This document shows positions 43,124 through 56,522 of a stretch of 64,000 nucleotides of DNA, piece after piece (position 1 is the first letter of the stretch; the number at the start of each line of letters is the position of its first letter). The notes beneath the pieces are model-generated. The model was not told the origin of the DNA, ran no database searches, and saw only the letters and a program-made list of their open reading frames with translations. The DNA is from the human T2T-CHM13v2.0 reference genome, Homo sapiens. The stretch lies in NCBI RefSeq assembly GCF_009914755.1, contig NC_060945.1; one strand, 5' to 3'. Made by a program: the position numbers and the translations under genes.

Positions 43124-46100
43124 TTTTTTTTTTTTACTTTAAATTCCAAGATACATGTGCAGACAGTGTAGGTTTGTTACATAGGTATACATGTGCCATG
43201 GTGGTGTGCTGCACCTATCAAACCGTCCTCTAGGTTTTAAGCCCCGCATTCATTCGCTATTTGTCCTAATGTTCTCCCTCCCCTCTCCCCCAATCCCTAA
43301 CAGGCCCCAGTATGTTTTGTTCACCTCCCTGTGTCCATGTGTTCTCATTGTTCAACTCCCACTTAGGAATGAGAACATGTGGTGTTTGGGTTTCTGTTGC
43401 TGTGATAGTTCGCTGAGGATGATGGCTCCCAGCTTCATCTATGTCCCTGCGAAGGACATGATCTCATTCCTTTTTATGGCTGCATAGTATCTCATGGTGT
43501 ATACATACCACAGTTTCTTTATCTAGTCTATCATTGATGAGCATTTAAGTTGGTTCCTTGTCTTTGCTGTTGTAAATAGTGCTGCAATAAACATATATGC
43601 ACATGAGTCTTTGTAGTAGAATGATTTACATTCCTTTAGGTATATACCCAGTAATGGGATTGCTGGGTCAAATGGTATTTCAGGTTCTAGATCCTGGAGG
43701 AATCGCGACTCTGTATTCCACAATGGTTGGACTAATTCACATTTCTACCAAGTGGAAAAGCATTCCTATTTCTCCACAGCCTCATCAACATCTATCGTTT
43801 CTTGACTTTTTAATAAAGTCACCATTTTGACTGGTGTCAGATGGTATCTCATTGTGGTTTTGATTTGTATTTCTCTAATGATCAGTGGTGTCAAACTTTT
43901 TTCCATATGTTTGTTGCCTGCATAAATGTTTTCTTTTGAGAAGTGTCAGTTCATATTATTTGCCCACTTTTTGATGGGGTTGTTTTTTTCTTGTAAATTT
44001 GTTTAAATGTCTTATAGATTCTGGATATTAGTCCTTTGTCAGATGGGTAGATTGCAAAAATTTTCTCCCATTCTGTAGGTTGCCTGTTCACTCTGATGAT
44101 AGTAGAATCTCTGTGTAGAAGCTCTTTAGTTTAATCAGATCCCATTTGACAATTTTGGCTTTTATTGAAATTGCTTTTGGCATTTTCTTCAGGAAATCAA
44201 TGCCCATGCCTATGTCCTGAATGGTATTGCCTAGGTTTTCTTCTGGGGTTTTTAGAGCTTGGGGTTTTATATTTAAGTCTTTAATCCATCTGGAGTTAAT
44301 TTTTGTATAAGGTTTAAGGAAGGGGTCCGGTTTCAGTTTTCTGCATGTGGCTAGCTAGTTTCCTCAGCACCATTTATTAAATAGGGAATCCTTTCCCCAT
44401 TGCTTTCTTTTCATCAGCTTTGTCAAAGGTCAGATGGTTGTAGACGTGTGGTGTTACCTCTGAGGTCTATGTTCTGTTCCATTGATCTATATGTCTGTTT
44501 TGGTAGCAGTACTATGCCATTTTGGTTACTGTAGCTTTGTGATACGGTTTGAAGTCAGGTAGCATGATGCCCCCAGCTTTGTTCTTTTTGTCTTGACTAT
44601 ATGAGCCCTTTTTTGCTTCATATGAAATTTAAAGTAGTTTTTTTCTAACTATGTGAAGAATGTTGACGGCAGTTTGATGGAAACAGCATTGAGTCTATAA
44701 ATTACTTCGGGCTCTATGGCCATTTTTACAACATTGATTCTACCCATCCGTGAGGATGGAATGTTTATCCATTTGTTTGTGTCCTCCCTTATTTCCTTGA
44801 GCAGTTGTTTGTAGCTCTCCTTGAAGAGTTCTTTATGTCCCTTGTTAATTGTATTCCTAGGTATTTTATTCTCTTTGTAGGAATTGTGAATGGGAGTTCA
44901 TTTATGACTTGCCTCTCTGCCTTTCTGTTTTTGGTGTATGGGAATGCTTGTAATTTTTACACATTGATTTTGTTTCCTAAGACTTTGCTGAACCTGCTTA
45001 TCTGCTTAAGGAGTTTTTGGTCTGAGACAATGAGGTTTTCAAAATATAGAATCATGTCATCTGCAGACAAAGACAATTTGACTTCCTCTCTTCCTATTTG
45101 AATATCCTATATTTCTTTCTCTTTCCAGGTTGCCCTGGCCAGAACTTCCAATATTATGTTGAACAGGAGTGGTGAGAGTGGACATCCTTGTCTTGTGCTG
45201 GTTTTCAAAGGGAATGCATCCAGCTTTTGTGCATTCAGTATGATATTGGCTGGGAGTTTGTCATAAATGGCTCTTATTATTTTGAGATATGGTCCATCAA
45301 TACCTGGTTTGTTGAGAGTTTTTAACATGAAGGATGTTGAATTTTTTCAAAGGCCTTTTCAGCATCTATTGAGATAATCATGTGGTTTTTGTCATTGGTT
45401 CTGTTTATGTGATGGATTATGTTTATTGATTTGCATATGTTGAACCAGCCTTGCATCACAGGGATGAAGCCGACTTGATCATGGTGGATAAGTTTTTGAT
45501 GTGCTGCTGGATTTGGTTTGCCAGTATTTTCTTGAGGATTTTTGCATTGATGTTCATCAGGGATATAGGCCTAAAGTTTTTGTTGTTGTTGTTGTGTCTC
45601 TGCCAGGTTTTGGTATCAAGATGATGCTGGCCTCATAAAATGAGTTAGGGAGGAGTCCCCCCTTTTCAATTGCTTGGAATAGTTTCAGAAGGAATGGCAC
45701 CAGCTCCTCGTTGTATCTCTGGTAGATTTCACCTGTGAATTTGCCTACTCCTGGGCTTTATTATAGTTGGTAGGCTATTTATCACTGCCTCTATTTCAGA
45801 ACTGGTTATGGTCTATTCAGGGATTCAATTTCTTTCTGGTTTAGTCTTGGGAGGGTGTATGTGTCCACAAATTCATCCATTTCTTCTAGATTTTCTAGTT
45901 TATTTGCATAGAGGTGTTTATAGTATTCTCCAATGGTAGCTTGTATTTCTTTGGGGTCAGTGGTGATATCCCCTTTACCATTTTATATTTTTGTCTATTT
46001 GAATCTTCTCTCTTTTCTTCTTTATTAGTCTACCTAACAGTCTATCTGTTTTGTTATTTGTTTCAAAAAACCAACTCCTGGATTTATTGTTTCTCTAAAG

Positions 46101-49100
46101 GATTTTTTTATTTCTCTATCTCCTTCAACTCTGCGCTGATCTTAGTTATTACTTGTCTTCTGCTAGTTTTTGGATTCATTCACTCTTGCTTCTCTAGTTC
46201 TTTTAATTGTAATGTTAGGATGTTGATTTGAGATTTTTCTAGCTTTCTGATGTGGGCGTTTAGTGCTATAAGTTTCCCTCTTAACACTGCTTTAACTATG
46301 CCGCAGAGATATTGGTACGTTGTCTCTTCATTATCATTGGTTTCAAATAACTTCTTGATATCTGCCTTAATTTCCTTATTTATCCAGAAGTCATTCAGAA
46401 GCAGGTTGTTCAATTTCCAGATAGTTGTGTGGTTTTGAATGAATTTCTTAATCCTGAGTTTTAATTTGATTGCACTGTGGTCTCAGAGACTGTTTGTTAT
46501 GATTTCCGCTTTTTGAGTTTGCTGAGGAGTGTTTTACATCCTATTATGTGGTCAATTTTAGAATAAGTGCCATGTGGCACTGACAATGTATATGCTATTG
46601 ATTTGGGTTGGAGAGGTCTGTAGATGTCTGTTAGGTGCACTTGATCCAGAGCTGAGTTCAAGCCCTGAAATCCTTGATAATTTTCTGTCTTGTTGATCTG
46701 TCTAATATTCATTGTGGGGTGTTAAAGTCTCCCACTATCATTGTGTGGGAGTGTAAGTCTCTTTGTAGGTCTCTAAGAATATGTTTTTTTGAATCTAGGT
46801 GCTCCTGTTTTGGGTGCATATGTATTTAGGGTAGTTAGCTCTTCTTGTTGAATTGATCCTTTTACCATTATGTAATACCTTTCTTTGTCTTTTTTGATAT
46901 TGTTTGGTTTAAAGTCTGTTTTTTCAGAGACTAGGACTGAAACCCCTGCTTTTTTCTGCTGTCCATTTGCTTGGTAAATTTTCTTCCCTCCCTTTATTTT
47001 GAGCCTATGTGTGTCTTTGCACGTGAGATGAATCTCCTGAGTACAGCACACCGATGGGTCTTGACTCTTTATCCAATTTGCCAGTCTATGTCTTTTAATT
47101 GGGACATTTATCCCATTTACACTAAGTTTAATACTGTTCTGTGTGAATTTGATCCTCTCATCATGATCCTATTTGGTTATTTTGCACACTAGTTGATGCA
47201 GTTTCTTCATAGTATCATTGGTCTTTATATTTTTTGCGTGTTTTTGCAGTGGCAGGTACTGGTTCTTCCTTTCCATATTTAGTGCTTCCTTCAGGAGCTC
47301 TTGCAGGGCAGGCCTAGTGGTGATGAAATCCCTCAGCTTTTGCTTCTCTGGAAATGATTTTATTTCTCCTTCTTTATGAAGTTTAGATTGGCTGGATATG
47401 AAATTCTGGGTTGAAAGCCTCCACTTTCTTCTGGCTTGTAGGGGTCTGCTGAGAGGTCTGTTGTTAGTTTGATGGGCTTTGCTTTATAGATAACCTGGCC
47501 TTTCTAGCTGTCCTTTCTCTCTGGCTGCACTTAACGTTTTTTCCTTCATTTTGACCTTGAAGAATCTAGTGATTATGTGTCTTAGGGTTAATCTTCTTGT
47601 GGAGTATCTTAGTGGTATTCTCTGTATTTCCTGAATTTGAATGTTGGCCTGTCTTGCTAGGTTGAGGAAGTTCTCCTGGATGATATCCTGAAGTGTTTTT
47701 TCCCACTTGGTTCCATTCTCTCTGTCTCTTTCAGGTACTCCAAATCAATTGTACGTTTAGTCTTTTTACATCATCCCATGTTTCTAGAAGGTTTTGTTCA
47801 TTACTATCCATTTGTTTTACTCTAATCTTGCTTGCATGCTTTATTTCCAGCAAGATTGTCTTCAAACTCTGATATTCTTTATTCTGCTTGATTGATTTGG
47901 CTATTGATACTTGGGTATTCTTCTGGAAGTTCTTGTGCTGTGTTTTTCAGCTCCATGAGATCATTTATGTTCCTCTGTAAACTGGTTATTCTAGTTAGCA
48001 GCTCTTGTAACCTTTTATGAAGGTTCTTAGCTTCTTTGCATTGGGTTACAACATGCTCCTTTAGCTCAGCAGAATTTGTTATTACCCACATTCTGAAGCC
48101 TACTTCCGTCAATTCGTCCATCTCATCCCCCGCCTAATTCTGCACCCTTGCTGGAGAGGTGTTGCAATCATCTGGAGAGTAAGGGGCACTCTGGCCTTTC
48201 ATGTTAAGCCTTTTTTTCATTGATTATTTTTCATCTTCATGAGTTTATCTAGTTTCAATCTTTGAGGCTGCTTGGCTGAGGTTCTTATGGGGACTTTTGT
48301 TGTTGATGCTGTTGTTGTTGCTTTCTGTTTGTTTTTCTTTCAATGGTCAGGTGCCTCTTCTATAGGGCTGCTGCAGTTTGCAGGGGGTTCACTTCAGGCC
48401 CTCTTCATCTGGTTTGCTCCTGTGCCTGGATATGTCACTCGAGGAGGCTGGAGAACAGCAAAGATGGGTGCCTGCTCCTTCCTCTGGGATCTCTAAACTC
48501 AAGGCGTATCAACCTGAGGCCAGTAGGAACGCTCCCATGTAGGGTGTCTGACAAACCCTGTTGGAGGGTCTCACCCAGTTGGGTGGCATAGGGAGTAGGA
48601 CCCATTTAACAAAGCACTTGAGCTGTCCCTTTTTGGAGGGGGTGTGCTACGTTGGGGAGAAATCCACTTGTCTGGGCTGCCTGGATTCCTCAGAAGTACC
48701 AGGAGGAAAGACTAAATCTACTGGTCCATGGGGACTATGGCCACCCCTTCCCCTAGAAGCTAAGGTCCAGGCAGATCAGAGTTCTGTCCCTGAGACCCTG
48801 GCTGGAGTTGTTGGAGTTCCTGCAGGGAGGCGCCACCAAGTGAGAAGGTATGGGTCAGGATCAGGCCTGAAGAGGCACTCTGGCCACAGTCTGCCACAGC
48901 CAGTGTGTTGGGCTGTGGGGAATACCTTTTGGGACTAAGCCGTCCAGCCTCCCTGGCTCCAGCATGGGCAAAGCACAGCCTGGAACTACAGAGATGGCTG
49001 CTACCTTTCCCCCACCCTAGGAGCTTAGTGTGTTAGGCAGCTGGCAGTCCCAGTGTTGGCTACCACCCCTTCCCTAAGGAGTTCAAATGGCTTAGACAGC

Positions 49101-49551
49101 AGGCAGCCTTAGCTGTGGTGCTGGCTGCCCCTACCCCCAGGTACTTGGCAAGCTTAAGCAGATTCTAGCTGAGTGGATGTTGAGAATCTGTGCATCTCCG
49201 TGGTTGGGACCCTAGGCCCTGGTGGCAGGGGCTTACAAGTGGGATCTTCCGATCCGTGGGTTGCACAGTCCACAGAGAAAGCATGGTTTCCTAGGCTGGG
49301 TAGCACGCTCACTCACCGCCTCCTTTGACTGGGGGATGGAGGCTCCCCTGCCCAGTGTGGCTCTCAGGTGTGCGGCCTCAACACACTGCTCTTCCTTCCT
49401 CTCTGTGGGTCATGCCAGCCACCTAGTCAGTTCCGATGACAGCGCCTGGATCCCCAGTTGACGATGCAGGATTCGCATGCTGTTATGGTTCTTTTTGATG
49501 GGCTCTTCCAATTGCCACTGCTTCTAGTTGGCCATCTTGGCCCTGATCCCC
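43124..49551 (-). mobile_element. Full-length (~6.4 kb) inactive L1PA8-like LINE-1
   Basis: 3'UTR (ttttaagccccgcattcatt), fragmented ORF2 and ORF1 peptides in the ORF track, 5'UTR starting GGGATCAGGGCCAAGATGGCCAACTAGAAGC; TSD TTGACTTTTT at ~43119 and 49552. Confidence 0.93.
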
Positions 49552-49611
49552 TTGACTTTTTAATAATAGCCATTCTGACTGGTGTGAGATGGCATCTCAT
49601 TTTTGTTGTTG

Positions 49612-49909
49612 TTGTTATTGTTGTTTTGTTTTGTTTTGTTTTGTTTTGTTTTTGTATCGAGTCTGGCTCTGTGGGTCAGGCTTGGGTGCAGTGGTGCAAC
49701 CTCGGCTCACTGCAACCTCAACCTCCACCTCCTGGATTCAAGTGTTTCTCCTCTCCTGCCTCAGCCTCCCAAGTAGCTAGGATTACAAATATGAGCCACC
49801 AAGCCCAGCTAATTTTTGTATTTTTAGTAGAGTTGGCATTTCACCATGTCGCCCAGCCTGGTCTCAAACTCCTGACCTCAGGTGATCCGCCCACCTTGGC
49901 CTCCCAAAT
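49612..49909 (-). mobile_element. 5'-truncated AluS with (TTG)n/(TTTTG)n tail
   Basis: Alu ends at gcctcccaaa; TCATT on both flanks within the host L1. Confidence 0.92.
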
Positions 49910-49958
49910 CATTGTGGTTTTAATTTGCATTTCTCTAATGATCAGTGATATCAAACTC

Positions 49959-50367
49959 TTTTTCTTTTTTTTTTATTATTATACTTTAAGTTCTAGGGTA
50001 CATGTGCACAACATGCAAGTTTGTTACATATGTATACATGTGCCATGTTGGTGTGCTGCACCCATTAACTCCTCATTTACATTAGGTACATCTCCTAATG
50101 CTATCCCTCCCCTTTCCCCCCACCCCATGACAGGCCCTGGTGTGTGATGTTCCCCACCCTGTGTCCAAGTGTTCTCATTGTTCTATTCCCACCTATGAGT
50201 GAGAACATGCGGTGTTTGGTTTTCTGTCCTTGTGATAGTTTGCTCGGAGTGATGATTTCCAGCTTCATCCATGTCCCTACAAAGGACATGAACTCTTCCT
50301 TTTTTATGGCTGCATAGTATTCCATGGTGTATATGTGCCACATTTTCTTATTCCAGTCTATCATTGA
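49959..50367 (-). mobile_element. L1PA4/5-like 3' fragment
   Basis: ttatactttaagttctagggtacatgtgcacaac, cacccattaactc; TSD AACTCTTTTT at 49954 and 50367. Confidence 0.92.
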
Positions 50368-51517
50368 ACTCTTTTTCATATGCTTGCTGGCTGCACGTGT
50401 GTCTTCTTATGAGAGGTGTCTGTTCATGTCCTTGGCCTACTTTTTAATGTGGTTGTTTTTCTCTTATAAATTCGTTGAAATTCCTTATTGATGCTGGGTT
50501 TTAGACTTTTGTCAGATGCATAGTTTGCAAATATTTTATCCTATTCTATAGGTAGTCTGTTTACTCTGTTGATAGTTTCTTTTGCTGTGCAGCAGCTCTT
50601 AAGTTTAATTAGATCCCACTTTGCTTTAGTTGCAATTGCTTTTGGTGTCTTTGTCATGAAATTTTTGCCTATTCCTATGTCTAGGATGGTATTGCCCATG
50701 TTGTCTTCCAGGGTTTTTATAGTCTTGGGTTTTACATTTAAGTCTTTAATCCTTTTCGAGTTGATTTTTGTCTATGGTTTAAGGAAAGGGTCCATGTTTA
50801 TTCTTGTGCATATGGCTAGCCACTTATTGCAGTACCATTTTTTGAACAGAAAGTCTTTTCCTCATTTCTTGTTTTTTTCAGCTTTGTTGAAGATCGAACG
50901 GTCAGAGATATGCAGCCTTATTTATGCACTCTCTATTCAGTTCCATTGGTCCATGTGTCCATTTTTGTACCAGTACCATACCATTCTGTAGCCTTGTAGT
51001 ATTGTTTGAAGTCAGGTAACATGATGCCTCCAGCTTTGTTCTTTTTGCTTAGCATTGCCTTGGCTATTCAGGCAATTGGCTTTTGGTTTCATATATATTT
51101 TAAAATAGTTTTTCCTAGTTCTGTGAAGAACGTTCTTGGTAGTTTGATAGCAATAACATAAATCTCTAAATTACTTTGGAAAGTACAGACATTTTAGTGA
51201 TATTGATTCTTCCTATCCATGAGCATGGGATTTTTTTTTTTATTTGTGCCTTCTCTGATTTTTTTGAGCAATGTTTTGTGATTCTCATTGTAGAGATTTT
51301 TCACCTCACTGGCTAGCTGTGTCCCTGGTATTTTATTATTTTTTTGTATAAGCCACAGATTAATTAATGTATCTGATTTTGGCTAGTAATATAAATCTAT
51401 TGTATCAAAGGGGCTCTGATCTAATTTCTTTAACACATTGAAATCCATAAAAGTATATAGCTTTTATCTTAGGTGAACTATTGCGGCACATTTTCACAGA
51501 CTATCAGAGGTACAGAG

Positions 51518-51519
<2 letters not shown>

Positions 51520-51555
<36 letters not shown>

Positions 51556-51556
51556 T
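51520..51556. repeat. (TG)n microsatellite
   Basis: About 14 perfect units plus an interrupted tail. Confidence 0.95.
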
Positions 51557-52869
51557 AGGGGGTGACACTTTCAGAGAAATTGGGAATTCACCTTGGTAAA
51601 GAGAGATTATACTTATTCTTCATGGTAATCAGTCAATTCCTACTGAGGGTGGATGTAGGAATGGTTTAAGGAACTAGGCTGGATTAATAGTGAAACACTG
51701 ACTTAATTGTGTTCCCTGAAAATGGCATCTGGAGCCCTCCTGCTTCTAGTATCTTTGAGAGCTTGAGGTACTCTCCATCTGCTCTTGACTTCCCATTAAG
51801 TCTTTGAAGAGTTTTAGGCTATAGTTTCTTTGTTCTTTTCTCTTCTGCTTTCTATGTTCCAGAAATTTCTCGGTATTTCCTTTTATGTTCATGACATAGT
51901 TACTTGTTTCTCAGCACTATTATGGAATAATTTGTAGTTTACAATTTTTTTGGAATTTCAAGGTTTTGAGGCAGAGATATGTATGCAATCTGCAATCCAG
52001 ATCCAACCTGAAGCGCATTTACAGAACATTCTGAAAATCTCTTAGATAAAGAAGTTATATCTCAATGTCTTTAGAATTTCCAACTACTAAAATATAAACT
52101 TTATATAATTTATAAAAATATTTGGGGCCAATAATACTAATAGAAAATATTCCACATAACCATTTGGTTTTGTAAATATTGTATTAATACCAATACATTA
52201 ATCTTTTATATTTGTGGAATGCATTTATTTTTGCAAAATGTGCTGTTTTCTGTGATATATATTATTGATTAAATTAATATTTGCTATTTTTCAGTTATTC
52301 CAATATTTGTAGAGTTTATAAAGTATATAGTTTGTCATGCATAAGAAACATAAGCATGAGTGTAAAAGAGACAAAAACTGTTGGCTAACAGTTCTTAAAC
52401 GCTTACAATGTAAAATCATTATGCTGAAGAGTTTGCAAGCTCTTCTCCATTTACTATCACACACTCTGAGGTAGAAATTATTACTATCTTCATTTTGCAT
52501 ATAAAAATTGGGATATTAATGTGTAGCAAGTGTTAAAATGTTAATGCACAAAGGATAGTGATAATAAAAGTTAGGGAAGCACATTTCTTATAAAGAAACA
52601 CGAAAGACTTGGATATTACAAAATGAGGATTTGCCAAACAAAAAATGAATGGAAATAAATGTTATCTCCAAGGAAAAGGACAGGGGATCCCACTTATAGA
52701 GGTTCAAGTGCTTATTAACACTGAAATGTGGCCAGATTAAAGGGGCCAACAGATTTCTGGAAGGGAAACTGGCCATGGCCAGATCATGAGTTCTGATCCT
52801 CTTTAATAGATGAGTAGGAAGCCACATAAAGCTATCTATTATGGTATTACCACAATACCAAATTAAAGT

Positions 52870-53092
52870 TTGAGTTCAGAATAAAAACTTTAGTGATTTA
52901 TACACAGCTTAATTCAGGTTATTTTAAAATTTCTCTGCCTTTTTATTTAATAGAAGGGGATAGCTGAGCTTTAGAATAAAACTTGAGTTTTAGAATAAAA
53001 ACTTCAGTGGTTTATACACAGCTTAATGGAGGTTATTTTAAAATTTCTCTGCCATCTTTTTTTTTTTTTTTTTTTGCATAAGGGGATAGCTG
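52870..53092. repeat. Local tandem duplication of a ~100-bp unique unit
   Basis: Copies at 52870-52966 and 52983-53092 share tttatacacagcttaat..aggttattttaaaatttctctgcc...aaggggatagctg. Confidence 0.9.
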
Positions 53093-54299
53093 TCTTTAAG
53101 GTGCATAGGATGTTCTACACATCTTAATAGTTTCCATAGTTACGTTGTATCATTCCCAACAAGTTAGTAGAGTGAGTTGAAGTAGGCTCATTTTACAGGT
53201 TGGAGAAGTGAGTCACAGAAAGGATGTAAAAACGTCCCTAGATTACATAAGGGGTGGGGCCAAAATGTGAAATTATCAGACTCCAAAACTTGGCCAAAAT
53301 GTGTGAGAAAGTACTGAAAGTCAGAGCCCTGTGCAATATATTTCTGGGATGTAGTAACATATGTTTAGTATCACTAAGTATTTGATAAATGAACAAAAAT
53401 GTAGCGTAATGTACAAAATGTACTTTATTGGATAGGAATTAAATTATTTACAAGTAAAAGAATCAGCTGGAATCAATTGGCTATTATTTCCAGTTGACTT
53501 TAAATGATAAGATGCCATAAATAGGCAGAAAAAAATCCTCAAAAGATTTCTAAGTTTATCCAACTTTGAGAGTAAATAATTTTACTACTGAAACAAGACT
53601 CAGTGTTCAATAGTATATCTATTTTCTAAAGTTTAGATGCTGAATTTCATTCCCAAATTTGCTTTTGTTTACATGTCCTTTTATTATTGTATTTACCATT
53701 TAAATCTCATATCCTGTAGTAACCTCCTCTTACCATCCTTTCCCTTTACATGTAGAAAAGCTTTAATATCACTATATATTTATTTAACCAAGTGTTTGTG
53801 AATTTTGTGGTGGTGCACACCTGCAAGTTAATTATCATCTGGAGAAACACTCTAGACTGAAAGGAATTTCATTTTCAACAACGGTGTGAGTGGACTAGTT
53901 CTCTTTTTCTCCTCCAAGATACACATGCAAAGCTTAAAAACACAACTATAAATGTACCTAAAGGAAATTGTAACATGCTTTATTTTATATCCCCAATATC
54001 TTGCAATGGAGTAGTAAGCCAAAGATCAGAATAATGCCAGGAGAAAATGTAAGCCTATGAACCTTGCATTCTATAGTCATGATGGCCATTATTGGTTAAG
54101 GTCACTGAAAGCAATGTACAGTCGTGAAGGAATTTCAAAAGCCTGTTTGCAAATGGCTATGGCCAATAACCATGTTCTTAGGACTACTTTAGAAGCCATG
54201 AATTTTACCTTAAAAGGTTAATCTCTTAGAGATTTTTAGATTACATGGCTGAAAGAATTGCCAAAAATTTTGCTGGTCTGTTTTACATTTTTAATTATA

Positions 54300-54520
54300 C
54301 CACTATCAACTCTGGCACCAACCACTGTTAACACCAATCATCAACCCCGCCAACACCACCATCACCACTGCCACCACTACCAGCACAAACATTATCCAAA
54401 TAATAGCAGCAACACCAATATCATCGTTATTGCTACCATTACCATTATCAGCACTATGAATTTCACTGCCAACAACATTGGATTCATCGGCACCACTACT
54501 GACAATGAAAAACTCATTAC
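54300..54520. repeat. Degenerate (CAC/CAT/CAA)n trinucleotide low-complexity tract
   Basis: caacaccaccatcaccactgccaccactaccagc... Confidence 0.8.
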
Positions 54521-55189
54521 CAAGAGTAACAAGTACTTAGTGAGAATATAAAGGCTTATTTTTTCCCTCTTCTGCCATGCCATCTCCAAATGTGAATAAT
54601 TTGGTCTTTGTTTCATTACATCATTAAAACATCGAGTAGTATTGTAAGACACAAGGAGTGCCATTGAAAAACATTTATTGCTATATTAAACAGAACAGGT
54701 TTTCACTACTAGTAGTCTAATTTTTATAGAAAAGCTACAAAATCTACTCTGTGTGAGACCTGGAGATTTAATCAGCAGCCACAAAACAGCACTCAGTCTA
54801 ACTTTTAAGCACAGAAATAAACATTACATATATTCAAGTAGTTCAGAGAGCAATGTAAGAATGTGATTTATGTTTAATCATAAAAATCCTTAGGCTTAGT
54901 TTGAAGAAACTTAAAGACATATAAGAGAGGGTTACTTTAGTATACTAACCCTGCTTGTCAATATCATGAACTAGCATTTTTGTGGCAGCTTTAATTTTTG
55001 AGACTTCTTTTATTTTAATTAGAATATAGACATATGTTGAAGGTGGAAAAAGTTAAATTGAGCATCAATAATAAACACAAATACCAGATGATTCAACTGT
55101 TATGAAATGACACTATTTGTGAATGTTCATCACTGTGAAATTTTAAATAGTCTGAAATATTAGTTTGAGAATAAAAGGCATAGATTAAT

Positions 55190-56520
55190 GCTTTTCTTTT
55201 TCTAGTAAATTTTAAGAACTGTTTTAAAAAATGTACAGAAAAAAATATGAAGATAAAACATGGAGTTCTCATAACCCCCAAATCCAGATTCCTCTATTAC
55301 TAACATCTTATACTAGTATGATGTGTTTGTTACAATGAATAGGCCAATGCTAATACCAATCATTAACTAAAATCTATAATTTATTCACATTTTCTTAGAT
55401 TTCACTTAATGACCTTTATCTGTTCCAGGATCCCGTCTAGTAACCACATGACATTTAGCTGTCATGTCTCCTTAGAATCATCTTTGCTGTGAGTTTCTCA
55501 GACTTCTCTTGGTTTTGGTTCTAAAAATTGATTATGAAAATCTTGAGAAATACTGGTCAGGTATGTGGTAGGATGTCCCTCTATTGGAATTTAATATTTT
55601 TCCAATGATTAGGGTTAGATGTTCCCCAGATAAAAGACTATGGAGGTAACGTGCCAGTTTTCATAACAACATATCAGTGGTTCACATTATCAACACGACT
55701 TATCATTGTTGATATCATCCCATCACCTGGCTGAAGTGGCGCTTGTCAAATTTATCCATTGTAAAATTACTCTCCTTCCCATATTTTTCTCTTTGGCAGG
55801 AAGCTACTATGAGCAGCGTACACTGAAGAAGTGGGGAATTATGTAACACTTCTATGAGGGAAGCATAACAACATAAATTACTTGAAATTCTCTAGCATGA
55901 GAGATTTGCCTTTTCTCCCCAATTTCTTGGTCATTTATTTCTAAAACTATGGACCTGTGGATATTTATTTTATACTTTGGGGTATAAACCAGTTCTAATC
56001 TATTCACTCTGTTGTTCTTTGTTTCAGCCTTGGCCACTGGATGTTCTTTCTGTTGGTTTTTGTGCCTCTTTGATATACTTGCACCATTAGCCTGTGTGTT
56101 GAGTGTTTTCTTAATTTCTATAACTGCAAAATGCTCCAGGAGTATCTTGTATGTTTCCTGGTCTAGTCCTGAAATCAGTCATTTATAAAGTCCTGGTTTT
56201 GTTGTTGTTGTTTCTCTTTTTTTAAATGGAGATTAATATTAAAAATGAAGATCTACATGTTAGGTGTGCTCTTTTCTACTGGGGTATCTTTGCTTCTGGA
56301 CATTTAAGGTGAGAAAGCAAAAGAAATATATATGGGTTTATAGTAACCCGTGTGTAAATACATATCTATAAATATTTCTTCATGTAACCATCTGTATCCA
56401 TATTAAGTTAAACATGAGTTTGAGTTCATACTGATGTATTCAAGTTCAGTTCATTATGACATGGATCATTCTAGCCTCCTCCCCTGGGTTACCTGTCACC
56501 TCTCATTCCAGCAGTAAGAA
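55190..56520 (-). mobile_element. L1MC/L1MD-type 3'UTR
   Basis: tctgttccaggatccc...acatttagctgtcatgtctccttag, atcacctggctgaagtgg and catgagttt..gttcatactgatgt motifs. Confidence 0.75.
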
Positions 56521-56522
56521 GC

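Larger units (their letters stand above)
42117..51361 (-). mobile_element. L1PA13-15-like 5'-truncated L1 (pieces ~42442-43120, 49552-49611, 49910-49955, 50368-51346) with ~300-bp 3' transduction, bounded by a 15-bp TSD
   Basis: Collinear L1 pieces resume across each nested insertion; TATAAGCCACAGATT at 42117-42131 and 51347-51361. Confidence 0.85.

Noticed and set aside
48272-50147. + strand ORFs antisense to the L1 5'UTR (ORF0-like?)
   Set aside because: No resemblance I can recognise to L1 ORF0; the 229-aa one is a patchwork of L1, microsatellite and Alu sequence.
54258-54664. His/Thr-rich and hydrophobic ORFs
   Set aside because: Trinucleotide low-complexity sequence; no coding context.
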